DNA from: Candidatus Aminicenantes bacterium
Lineage (GTDB): Bacteria > Acidobacteriota > Aminicenantia > Aminicenantales > JAFGBC01
DNA: 64,000 nucleotides
Reading direction: 5' to 3'
NCBI GenBank assembly: GCA_963702005.1
Contig: OY969696.1
Location: 960,001 to 1,024,000 of the forward strand
Notes under the pieces: generated by a model
Told to the model about the DNA's origin: nothing
The model's input: only the letters and a program-made list of their open reading frames with translations
Databases searched by the model: none
Made by a program: the position numbers and the translations under genes
In this document: in pieces, positions 25,899-34,714 of the stretch
How the letters are laid out: the number at the start of each line of letters is the position of its first letter
Position numbering within the stretch: position 1 is the first letter of the stretch

Positions 25899-26461
25899 TT
25901 ATAGATCAGGGCATAGACCGACTCCAGCGGCCGGCCCTGCCCTTCCCGGGCCCGCTCCAGGACCTTGTCTGTGATCTAGCTCACCGTCTCGGCCGAGATC
26001 TCGTAGCCGTAGAGGTCTTTGATATGCTCCTGGATGTCCCGGGTCGTCATCCCCTTGGCGTACATGGAGATGATCTTCCCCTCCAGTCCTGAGATTTCCT
26101 TCTGGCGCTTCTTGACGATCTGGGGCTCAAAATCAGATTGCCGGTCCCGGGGGACCTCCAGGCTGATCTCCCCGAACTTCGACTTGACGGTCTTGGGCGT
26201 GAACCCGTTTCGGGCGTTGTCGGCGGCCTTGGCCTTCTGGTTGTGCTTTTCATAGCCCAGATGGTCGGTCAGCTCGCCCTCGAGGAGCGTTTCGACGACC
26301 TCTTTGCTGACTTCTCGCATGAAGGCGTTAAAATCGTCCAGGGATTTAACGCCCTTCTCCTTGAGCAGCTTTTTCTGTTCGTCCCTGCCTAGAGCCAAGT
26401 GTACCTCCTTGAGTAATTTTAGCTCGTTCAAGGAGGTTTACACAGTTTCCCTTACACTCCC
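25899..26461 (-). mobile_element. IS256-family relic (left end plus truncated transposase with in-frame stop)
   Basis: Terminal IR GGGAGTGTAAGGGAAACTGTGTAAAC; RNG..PK, VPRDR..FEP, MYAKGMTTRDI; TAG at ETVS*ITD then truncation. Confidence 0.88.
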
Positions 26462-26604
26462 GCTACCGGAAATGGCTCGACGTCGAGATCGTCGTCTGCG
26501 AGGCCTGGGCCAAGCTGGGCAAGATCCCGTCTGCCTCCCTGCGCGGCATCAGGGCCCGGGCCGGCTTCAGCGCCGCCCGGATCGACGCCATCGAGCGCGT
26601 CGTC
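26461..26604 (+). pseudogene. purB: adenylosuccinate lyase N-terminal fragment
   Basis: Translates RYRKWLDVEIVVCEAWAKLGKIP...FSAARIDAIERVV, recognisable PurB segment preceding HDV; no start, fused to RRM relic. Confidence 0.7.
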
Positions 26605-26962
26605 CAAGGACAAGTATTCGGGCGAATCGCGCGGCTTCGGCTTCGTCGAGATGCCCGAGAAGGAAGAGGCCCTCAAGGCCATCTCCGCTCTGAACGGCAA
26701 AGACCTCAAGGGCCGCGCCCTCAAGGTCAACGAGGCCCAGGCCCGGACCGACCGGCCCCGCACGGGCGGGTTCGGCGGCGGCGGCGGCCGCGGCGGCCGC
26801 TATTAATAAAGCCGCGTTAGCGACTTCATTAGTGTGACTACTGCGGCCTGTACTCATGAGTCCGTATCAACGGCTCCATGAGTATGGCCGGTACTGATCG
26901 CTTAGCTAGCGACGAATTCTGCAAGGGCGGATGTCCCGCAAGGGGCCTCCGCCCTTTTTTTT
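26605..26962 (+). pseudogene. 5'-truncated RRM gene relic plus 3' hairpins and terminator (relic 1)
   Basis: Matches 14727-15113 with mostly synonymous differences and a shorter Gly tail. Confidence 0.93.
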
Positions 26963-27148
26963 AAGGAAGGTTTTTTCTCCGCCCGGAAAGAGGAGTCCGT
27001 CTGGGGCTGGTCATTTTTTGCTTCCCGGCTTTCCTCCCCATTGAAATAACAAATTCACGCTTTTATATTGACATATCCGATAAATTCTGTCAGAATAGGC
27101 TCAAGGGTTAATTGATTTTTCCCATCCACTATTTTCTGGGAGGACATA

Positions 27149-27781
27149 ATGCGTCTAGTCCGGTTGATGACCATTTTATGTTTTCTATTCGTGTGGCAAC
27201 CGACCCCCGCGCAGGATCAGCAGGTGGACATGGAAGCCATGATGCGCTGGGGCAGCGCCGACGTCGTTAACTACCACATCGTTGGCATCTACCAAGGCCA
27301 GCCCGCTATCGCCAGCAACGGTTCAGGACGCGCGGATGTGACGGACCAGGTCGTAATCGATCTAAAGTGGAAGCTTTCAGAGTCAAGGTTGGTGGGAACG
27401 CCCACTTTTCAAAACACGAAAACCGTGCTCAAGAATCCGCGCGACATGGAGCCTACCTGCCTGCCTCCGATACTCAAGGGCGAGTACGAACACTACGAGC
27501 TTCTGGGGATCAAGGACGGTTTGGGCGGCGCGCTCGAATTGCTAGTGAAAACCACCTACCCCGTAGTTGAGGTCGCGCAGTTTTGTACCGCCAGCCGCAA
27601 GCCGGTGCCTGCAAGCATCAAGACACGACCCGAAGATCTGGCCGTGCCGTCTCCGGTAATGTTTGGAATGCCGCTGCCTGATTCGGACAATCTCCGCATC
27701 TCGTCCGACAAGAAATCCCTGATCCACAAGAAAGACGGCTGGACCTGGAGTTTTACGCCAACCATCGAACCCCAAAAATAG
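27149..27781 (+). CDS. secreted hypothetical protein
   Basis: GGAGG RBS, signal peptide, upstream TTGACA-N17-CAGAAT. Confidence 0.82.
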   Translation: MRLVRLMTILCFLFVWQPTPAQDQQVDMEAMMRWGSADVVNYHIVGIYQGQPAIASNGSGRADVTDQVVIDLKWKLSESRLVGTPTFQNTKTVLKNPRDMEPTCLPPILKGEYEHYELLGIKDGLGGALELLVKTTYPVVEVAQFCTASRKPVPASIKTRPEDLAVPSPVMFGMPLPDSDNLRISSDKKSLIHKKDGWTWSFTPTIEPQK

Positions 27782-27855
27782 TAGAAGAGGCCCTCAAGGC
27801 CATTTCCGCGCTCAACGGCAAGGACCTCAATCCCCTTCTATGATAGCGAAACGCA

Positions 27856-28011
27856 AGCCCCGGGAGACATTTTTCTTTTCTTTCCTCCTTATGGCCGCCT
27901 CGGTTTTTTGAACCATCCTTCTATCCGCGCCTGTCTGCGCACCGTAGCATTCGATTTCGGCTCCTAAACCTTACGCAGAACGCGACTCTCGCGAGCCCGT
28001 TAAGGGGATGA
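27856..28011 (-). ncRNA. putative bridge/seek RNA of the IS1111-type element
   Basis: Non-coding end downstream of transposase with segments matching target and donor junction, each pair flanking a small hairpin. Confidence 0.7.
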
Positions 28012-28937
28012 CTAGGCAGCCGATGGATTCATCATGTCTGGGATGTAGGCTCTTTTCTCGGTGAGTACTCGATAAATTATGGTCAAGAGTCGACGCGCCA
28101 CCGCGATCTTGGCCGAGTTCGGCCCTTTTCGTTTGGCCAGCCGGCCGTATAAAACCCGAAGCCCAAGGTCCTTGACGATCGCCGGATAGACCGCTTCCAG
28201 CACGGCCCATCTCAGCCAAACGCTCCCTTGTTTGGTGATGCGCCCGTGATACGTCCGATCGCCCGAGGCGTAGGTCGAGGGAATCACTCCGGCGTAGGAA
28301 TGAAGATGCGCCGGACTGGAAAACCGTTGGACATCCGCGATCTCCACCGCCACCAGCACCGACAAGGTCTCGGCAAATCCCGGGATCGTGTCGATTCGAC
28401 AGGCGTCTTCGATCTCTCCATACAAGGCTCGCACTAATCCATCCGATTCTCGGATATGGGTCTGGATCTCTTGATATCCCCGGATCAGATCGTCCAAGAC
28501 TCTCTTGTCTTGACCTTCCAGCGCCAGCCCGGTCAGGAACTCCACCCCCTTCCCGCTGAAGAGACCGTTGTTTTTTTGTTCCACGGCCATCCGGATCTCT
28601 TCTTTCTATAGATCTCCGGAATCAGATCCGCCCGTAAAAGCTGGGCCAGCGTCCTCGAATCCCGCTTGTCCGTCTTGATCCGGGCCTGGGCGATCGCTTT
28701 GACCTGAAGCGCATTCGCGATTTTCACCTCGCCGCCCAGTTCCCTTAGAAGATCCGCCATCACATAGGATGACCGTCCCGTCTCGAGTACGGCCGTGAAC
28801 GGATGATACCCTTTCAGAAATTCCTCGACCTTTTTTCTGAGATTGAAGACTCGCCCCTTCTTGAGTTCCCGTCCGTCCTCGTCCACAATCGTCATGAAAG
28901 AGGCTTGTTTGTGATGGTCGACACCGATAAAATACAT
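28012..28937 (-). pseudogene. IS110 transposase split by frameshift/internal deletion
   Basis: N-part FIGVDHHK...KTDKRDS (DEDD) in one frame; C-part TIPG, SYAG..P...SG, ITKQG, IAVARRL in another. Confidence 0.88.
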
Positions 28938-29332
28938 ACGCGCACCTCCTCTTGGGATTTTGTTTCGACGAGTAATGTATCACAGCATTACCTGTCAGGG
29001 AGGTGCGTTTCGCTATCATGCTACCTTCGCGGGATTCCGCGGACCTAAGTCCGTCGAGGGAAGCCAATTCCTCGCTCCAGGGACGGCGGGCGGGTTCGGC
29101 GGCGGACGCGGCGGAAGCCGCGGCGGCCGCTATCGCGGCCGCCCTCATGACTCGTTAACGGATCATGAGTACTGACCGCCTCGGCCCGTAATCATGGAGA
29201 TGCGCTAGCAGAGCCATGATTGCAGACCGAAACGGTCGGTACTGATCGCTTAGTTTAGAAGCGAATTCAGCCAGGGCGGATGTCCCGCCAGGGGCCTCCG
29301 CCCTTTTTTGCTTATCACGAAATACGCGCAAA

Positions 29333-29584
29333 TTGACCCGTTCGCCGACGCCACCCCGCCTTTCAAGGCGGGGATGAGAGGCGACACTTTTGTACTCAGC
29401 CCTTTTAGAAGGAATGGGGCTGAGTAGGCTCAGGGTTAATCATGAACAAGCCCCGGCCTTCAGGCACTCATGAACCGGAAACGGTTCATGAGTACTGGCG
29501 CTCCAATGAGCATTAGTCCGTGGAGCTTCGGCCGGGGAGCAGCCTTGCAGCACTCATGGCTTCCATGAGTGTCGATGATTTGAC
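29333..29584 (+). mobile_element. IS200/IS605-like miniature element (copy 2) with nested hairpin insertions
   Basis: TTGACCCGTTCGCCGACGC left end, CCCCGCCTTTCAAGGCGGGG hairpin, right end GTCGATGATTTGAC; near-identical to 30352-30537 except inserts. Confidence 0.75.
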
Positions 29585-29657
29585 TTGAATTATTCTGAAT
29601 GTTAAGCTGGAAATAAACATCGAAGAAAAAATGCGCGGCAGAAAGGAAGGAAATAGG

Positions 29658-30107
29658 ATGACGATAAAGAAAATTCTCTGTCCGATCGATTTCAGCGCGC
29701 CCTCCTTAAAAGGGCTGGACTATGCCGTCGAAATGGCCATTCTATGTCGGGCGCAGCTGAGCGTCGTTTATGTTCTCCCCATTCTGCCGGTCTCGGCGAG
29801 TAATCTTAATATTAATTATAGGATTCCCGAATATGAGCGGATGATCCATAAAGATTCGGAGCGGCAGCTCAAAGCCATCGTTGCCAAGCGTGTTCCAAAA
29901 AGGCTTAAGGTCCGGACTCTAATCGGGCACGGAAACGCCGCCCACGAGATCCTGCGCTTGGCCAAGGAAGAAAAGGTGAACCTGATCGTCATCGCGACCC
30001 ACGGCCACACGGGATTCCATCATCTGATCGTCGGCTCCGTTGCCGAGAAAATCGTCCGTCTGGCGCACTGCCCGGTTTTGGCCGTCCGCGAGACGCGTAA
30101 AAGATAG
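29658..30107 (+). CDS. universal stress protein
   Basis: KKILCPIDFS, IVIATHG.TG..HL..GSVAEK.VR.A.CPVL. Confidence 0.95.
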   Translation: MTIKKILCPIDFSAPSLKGLDYAVEMAILCRAQLSVVYVLPILPVSASNLNINYRIPEYERMIHKDSERQLKAIVAKRVPKRLKVRTLIGHGNAAHEILRLAKEEKVNLIVIATHGHTGFHHLIVGSVAEKIVRLAHCPVLAVRETRKR

Positions 30108-30163
30108 TTCGGAGAATAGAGACTTAACGCAAGGAGACCCGGTTGCGCGCTTGATCCGTACGT

Positions 30164-30306
30164 CGAGGCCCGGCCCCGCACGGCCGCTTCGGCCTGTACT
30201 CATGAGTCCGTGTCAACGGCTCCATGAGTGCGGCCGCTACTGATCGCCTAGTCTAAGAGCGAATTCAGCAAGGGCGGATGTCCCGCCAGGGGCCTCCGCC
30301 CTTTTT
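30164..30306 (+). pseudogene. RRM gene 3'-end relic 3 with palindrome and terminator
   Basis: GAGGCCCGGCCCCGCACGG remnant, CATGAG hairpin, GGCCGCTACTGATCGC and terminator. Confidence 0.8.
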
Positions 30307-30351
30307 CATCGTTGCCGTTCAGAACCCCCAGAGCCGCCCGACTTTGAGCTC

Positions 30352-30537
30352 TTGACCCGTTCGCCGACGCCACCCCGCCCTAGAAGGCGGGGCTAAAAAT
30401 CGGAGCCCCGCCTTTCAAGGCGGGGATGAGAGGCGACACTTTTGTACTCAGCCCTTTTAGAAGGAATGGGGCTGAGTAGGCTCAGGGTTAATCATGAACA
30501 AGCCCCGGCCTTCAGGCCGGGGAGTCGATGATTTGAC
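30352..30537 (+). mobile_element. IS200/IS605-like miniature element (copy 3)
   Basis: Same ends as copy 2; intact AAGCCCCGGCCTTCAGGCCGGGGAG sub-terminal hairpin typical of IS605/IS1341 ends. Confidence 0.78.
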
Positions 30538-30698
30538 TTCGGTCCGTGGCCGGGCTTATCCTCACATTGGAAGGAGGGGTTGATTCTTAGACGGGAGAGG
30601 GATGTCTCACGCCGGCCGGGAAAAGGGAATTCCTATCAATGACAGCGTCGGAATCTGCCTCATCGTGAGGTGAAAACGCCTTGTCAGGGGGAAAGACA

Positions 30699-31397
30699 AT
30701 GAAACACAAAGACGCGACCATGCGCCGAAAAAGTCTCCGTCTGCGGCATCTCGGCTTACTTCTCGTTCTGGCCGTTACTCTGTCCGCCTGGGCCGGGTGG
30801 CTCCAGACGAGTGAAAACATTGACTTCAAGGTCAAGCTTATACCGCAGCCGAACAAGGATTCCTGCTGGGCGGCCGCCATGGCCATGCTGCTCTCGTATC
30901 GGGACAAGAAACCCTATGATCCCGAGAGCTTGGCCGAGGACGTGGGCCAGAGCTTGAACATGTCCCTGGAGGACGCCTGGAAGCTGCTGGAGGACGTGCG
31001 CGACCGATACGGATTCAAAGCCATCGATGTCCCTTCGGATACGAGCCTGAATTTCACGCCGGCGGAGTGGGCCGGCTGGCTGCATCAATACGGCCCCCTC
31101 TGGGTGGTGATCGTCGGCGCGCCCCATGCCGTGTTGATCGGCGGCCTGCAAGGGGATACGGAAGACCCGGAATCGTGCCAAGTGTATATCTTGAATCCCT
31201 GGGATACGCGCGTCGAATTCGATGACGATCCGGTCGAGTTCCATCCCGCCAACAAGGGTTATGCGGATTGGCGACCGTTCACGGAGTTCGCTTCTGATTT
31301 CGGCGATATCTTTGGCCTCGCGGCCAAGGACGACGAGGGCAATGACCTGACCTACAAGGGCAACTGGCGTATCCTCTATCTCCCGAAAAAGAAGTAG
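30699..31397 (+). CDS. secreted papain-like cysteine protease (C39/AvrRpt2-C70-like)
   Basis: PQPNKDSCWAAAMAM (Gln/Cys), YGPLWV, HAV (His), ILNPW. Confidence 0.8.
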   Translation: MKHKDATMRRKSLRLRHLGLLLVLAVTLSAWAGWLQTSENIDFKVKLIPQPNKDSCWAAAMAMLLSYRDKKPYDPESLAEDVGQSLNMSLEDAWKLLEDVRDRYGFKAIDVPSDTSLNFTPAEWAGWLHQYGPLWVVIVGAPHAVLIGGLQGDTEDPESCQVYILNPWDTRVEFDDDPVEFHPANKGYADWRPFTEFASDFGDIFGLAAKDDEGNDLTYKGNWRILYLPKKK

Positions 31398-31407
31398 GCT
31401 TTTCGGG

Positions 31408-32244
31408 CTATTTCTTGCAGAGCTGGTCCGCCAGCGAGCGCGCCGCGTCCTCGATTGCCTCGAAAGGCGATTCGATCGGGCCCGAGGCCGTGGCTTGGGC
31501 GATGACCTCCCCTTCCAGGTCCTCCACGCGGAGCTCTGCGATGATGCTGTCTTCCCCGACGCTGAAGGTCCCTTTGACCAGGTGCGTCGCCTCGATGATA
31601 TGGGGCGTGATCCTTTCGGCCGGATCGAAGCTGGGGTCGGCCTGGAGCTCGAGCTCAGCTTCGATGAGGGCCATGCCTCTGGGATTGGCCGACTCGACGA
31701 CCTGATACGGAGGGGAATCGCCCGCCGCGCACGGAGCCTGCGACAGCTCCGTAATAACCACTCTGGCAAAGGCCGGTCCCATCCCCGGCTCGGCGCCCGG
31801 TCCGGTCGCGGTGAAGTCGGCCGGATTGTAGCCGACGGCCATCCCCTCGGCCGGGGGATAGGTCGGCAGGGAGCTTCGCCCGGGGGAGGCGGCCGAAGAG
31901 GCGCTCTCCATCGTGATCTCGACGGACTTGTCTTCCGAAGTGACGGCCGAGCCTTCGAGAACGACGTCGGCTGAAGACGAGACGTACGTCGCCTCGAGCG
32001 CCAGCGGTCCCGCCGGGGCGTCAACCGATATCTCGCTCGCCGGATCTTCGCGCCTGATCTCGGTGACCTTTCCGTTCTCGAGCTGGACGATGCAGAGCAG
32101 GAGGACGCCGCCGCTTGTCTCCTCGGGCAGTCCCTTCAAGGCGACCCGAAGCTCGACGGCGGATCTCGTCTGCGCGGGAGGAGATCCGATGAGAAGGGAG
32201 AGGCAACCGATCAGGACCGATCCCGCCGGCAGAAACCGCGCCAT
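31408..32244 (-). CDS. secreted hypothetical protein, C-terminal TolB-N/CsgG-like fold possible
   Basis: GGAGG RBS, signal peptide; THLVKGTF...AELRVEDLEGEVI pattern. Confidence 0.7.
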   Translation of the reverse strand: MARFLPAGSVLIGCLSLLIGSPPAQTRSAVELRVALKGLPEETSGGVLLLCIVQLENGKVTEIRREDPASEISVDAPAGPLALEATYVSSSADVVLEGSAVTSEDKSVEITMESASSAASPGRSSLPTYPPAEGMAVGYNPADFTATGPGAEPGMGPAFARVVITELSQAPCAAGDSPPYQVVESANPRGMALIEAELELQADPSFDPAERITPHIIEATHLVKGTFSVGEDSIIAELRVEDLEGEVIAQATASGPIESPFEAIEDAARSLADQLCKK

Positions 32245-32374
32245 GGGACGTCTCCTCCCTCGAATTCGCCCTTTTCCTTTTTCCCCGGGAAAGGTCCTGT
32301 TGTTTGCGTTTTTACAATATAATTCCGCCGGATGTCCCTGTCAAGGAGCTTCCTATAACCCGAGGTCGTTCTTG

Positions 32375-32403
32375 TTGACAAGGTTTTTTTTCTGCCCTAT
32401 ACT
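32375..32403 (+). promoter_or_regulatory. sigma-70 promoter of five-paralog operon
   Basis: TTGACA-N17-TATACT. Confidence 0.75.
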
Positions 32404-32534
32404 TCTCGCTTAAGGGTATGTGGACTCCAGGAAAAAGCCTCCGAGCGGCCGTTCGTCCGATTAAAACTCCGTCTTAGGCTCGTAGGCGATCCCTGTCTGA
32501 AGCGAGAGGCTTCTTCCCACATGAGGAGGGCCGA

Positions 32535-34691
32535 ATGAAGGCCGTTTTTTTCTCCCGTCGCTGGCAACGGTGCTTAATCCTCGCCGGTCTCGTTCTGGGC
32601 GCCGTCCCGTCGCTTCCGGCGGCCGTCGTCTACGATTTCGTGGCCAGGGCGTCCGAGGCCAAGTGGGCCCGCAGCCTGGCCGCTCCCGGCGAGCTCGGCT
32701 GGCCCGGCTCCGACAACGACAGCCGCGGCTTCGCCCGTTCTCTGGCCAACGCTCCGCTCGAGGATGGACAATCCCACGCGTTCGTCCTCGAGACCCATCC
32801 CGAATGGAAAACGGGGGGGATGATCTACGGCGTCTATCCGAACGTGGCCATCCCGGCCGGCGCCAGGTTCTCCGCCTTGGTCGGGTTCCTGAAGGGCGCC
32901 ACGGCCACGGACGGGGCGACCTTCGCGGTCTACCTCTTCGACCAGACGACGGCGGTCCTTCATCTCCTCGCGTCCAAGAAAGCCCTGGCTGACGGCGTTC
33001 TCGATCAGCTTGCGGCCGACCTCGGCCCGTACGCGGGCAAGACCGTGACCTTCCGGCTCCAGGTCGCCGCCGGGGCGACCTCAACCGAGGACTGGGCCGT
33101 CTGGGCGTCTGCGGCCGTCACTCAGGTGGGCGGGGTCCCTGTCCAGCGACCCACCGTCGGCGCTGCGACGGTCGGCGCGGCCAAGCTCCCCTCTCAACAG
33201 CCGGGCGTGGTCAATGCCCGGCCGTTCCAGCAATCGGTCATCAATAGGATTCCCCTGATGCCCATCGGGACAGCCCCCGCCAAGCACAAGATCGAGGATG
33301 CAGGCCCGCTGCCGATCGAGGAGCCCCTGACGCTCCTCAACCGTGTCTACAAGGACAACGAGCAGCCCAACACCTATTATTACCTGCCTCGGGAGATCAA
33401 CCTCATCCGCGACACGGCCTCCGGCGATTATCGGGTGAGCGCCGTCTGGACCCAGGACCAGAAGATCCGGACGACCCTAACGCTCGAGGCAAACATCGAC
33501 CCGGATGACGTCAAGGTCATGGAGGAGGCTCTGCGCGCGGCCAAGGGTTCCTCGGCCGTCCTCAAGTCCATGCCTTATGAAGAGGCCAACATCATCGACA
33601 TGAAGGGCTGGGAGGACTGGCAGATCGAGGACATCCGGATCCCCACCTTCGGATCGCTCGAAACGGAGCTCCCCATCAGCATCGCCATGACCCCGGAGAC
33701 GCTGGCCCAGCTCAAGCCCCTCCTGGAAAAGGAAGGGCTGACGGCGGGCATGCGCATCAAGACCGGCGATGTCGAGCGGGAGATCCCGATCAAGGTCGGG
33801 CTCAAGTATTTCACCGGACGGTGGTACTCGCCGCTCGAAGAGCTCGGCTTCTCCTATAACGAGGGGGCTTCGCTCCTGACGCTTCACAATGTCCGCAACA
33901 TCTCCGACTTCCCCCTGAAGGTCGCCAGCGTCAGCCTGCGCTTCCGGCTCCCCAACAAGGAGGAGGTCTACAAGAACCTGGCCTGCCGGCCCGAGGTGAC
34001 CATCCCGCCGGGCGAGTTCCGCGATATCAAGGCCCAGCTCGTGCTCCGCGACCAGCTCCTGGCCGAGTTCCACAAGATCTTCCCGGCGGCCCCGCTCGGC
34101 AAGAAGCAGAACCCGCTGCTCGACGCGGCCATGGGTATCCTGAAGAACGAGATCGAGAAGAAAGCGGGCAAGGACCAAGAGGCCGCCGCCGCGGGCGCCA
34201 AGAGCGTCCCGGAGAACCCGCGGGTGGACGCCTTCTTCAAGACCTACGCCCGGAGCTTCTGGATGGACGCCGCCCCCGATTTCGACTGCCAGCCCTGTCT
34301 CGACAAGATCTGGGGCGGGATCGAGGTCGTCTCCTACATCGAGAGGATGAGGAAGGTCAACGTCGAGGCCCTGGCCAACGTCTTCGACCCGGCGGCCTTT
34401 GAAACGCCGCGCGAGGTCAAGAAGCTCCACGTCGAGATCCGCTCGCCCTACCTGAGCGCCCAGGCCAAGGAGGGCCTGATGGCCGCCGTCGACCTCAACA
34501 AGGATAAGCTCAAGGACCTTGTCGTCGTCTACCTGCCGCTGGCGACCCAGGAACAGATTTCGTTTGAGTACAAGATCAAGGTCGTCCTCAAGTCGGGCGA
34601 GTCGGCCGAGTCGGCCGATTGGGAGAAGGTCGTGGACTCCCTGGACCTGACGCTGGGGACCTTCCACGTCAACAAAATCTTTTCGAAATAG
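32535..34691 (+). CDS. secreted protein: NPCBM-like N-domain plus divergent copy of the unknown paralog domain (paralog 1)
   Basis: Signal peptide; LETHP...FSALVG..DGATF NPCBM-like segment; VYKDNEQPNTYYYLP motif. Confidence 0.8.
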   Translation: MKAVFFSRRWQRCLILAGLVLGAVPSLPAAVVYDFVARASEAKWARSLAAPGELGWPGSDNDSRGFARSLANAPLEDGQSHAFVLETHPEWKTGGMIYGVYPNVAIPAGARFSALVGFLKGATATDGATFAVYLFDQTTAVLHLLASKKALADGVLDQLAADLGPYAGKTVTFRLQVAAGATSTEDWAVWASAAVTQVGGVPVQRPTVGAATVGAAKLPSQQPGVVNARPFQQSVINRIPLMPIGTAPAKHKIEDAGPLPIEEPLTLLNRVYKDNEQPNTYYYLPREINLIRDTASGDYRVSAVWTQDQKIRTTLTLEANIDPDDVKVMEEALRAAKGSSAVLKSMPYEEANIIDMKGWEDWQIEDIRIPTFGSLETELPISIAMTPETLAQLKPLLEKEGLTAGMRIKTGDVEREIPIKVGLKYFTGRWYSPLEELGFSYNEGASLLTLHNVRNISDFPLKVASVSLRFRLPNKEEVYKNLACRPEVTIPPGEFRDIKAQLVLRDQLLAEFHKIFPAAPLGKKQNPLLDAAMGILKNEIEKKAGKDQEAAAAGAKSVPENPRVDAFFKTYARSFWMDAAPDFDCQPCLDKIWGGIEVVSYIERMRKVNVEALANVFDPAAFETPREVKKLHVEIRSPYLSAQAKEGLMAAVDLNKDKLKDLVVVYLPLATQEQISFEYKIKVVLKSGESAESADWEKVVDSLDLTLGTFHVNKIFSK

Positions 34692-34714
34692 CGCGCGATG
34701 ACGGGAGGAATACC

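Larger units (their letters stand above)
27839..29028 (-). mobile_element. IS110 family, IS1111-type element
   Basis: Perfect 16-bp sub-terminal IRs ATGATAGCGAAACGCA (27840-27855 / 29004-29019); CCTTC core at both junctions (27834-27838, 29024-29028). Confidence 0.9.
27784..29309 (+). pseudogene. RRM gene relic 2, interrupted by hairpins and an IS110
   Basis: 27784-27830 identical to RRM codons EEALKAISALNGKDL; Gly-tail remnant at about 29088-29133; terminator at 29274-29309. Confidence 0.85.
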
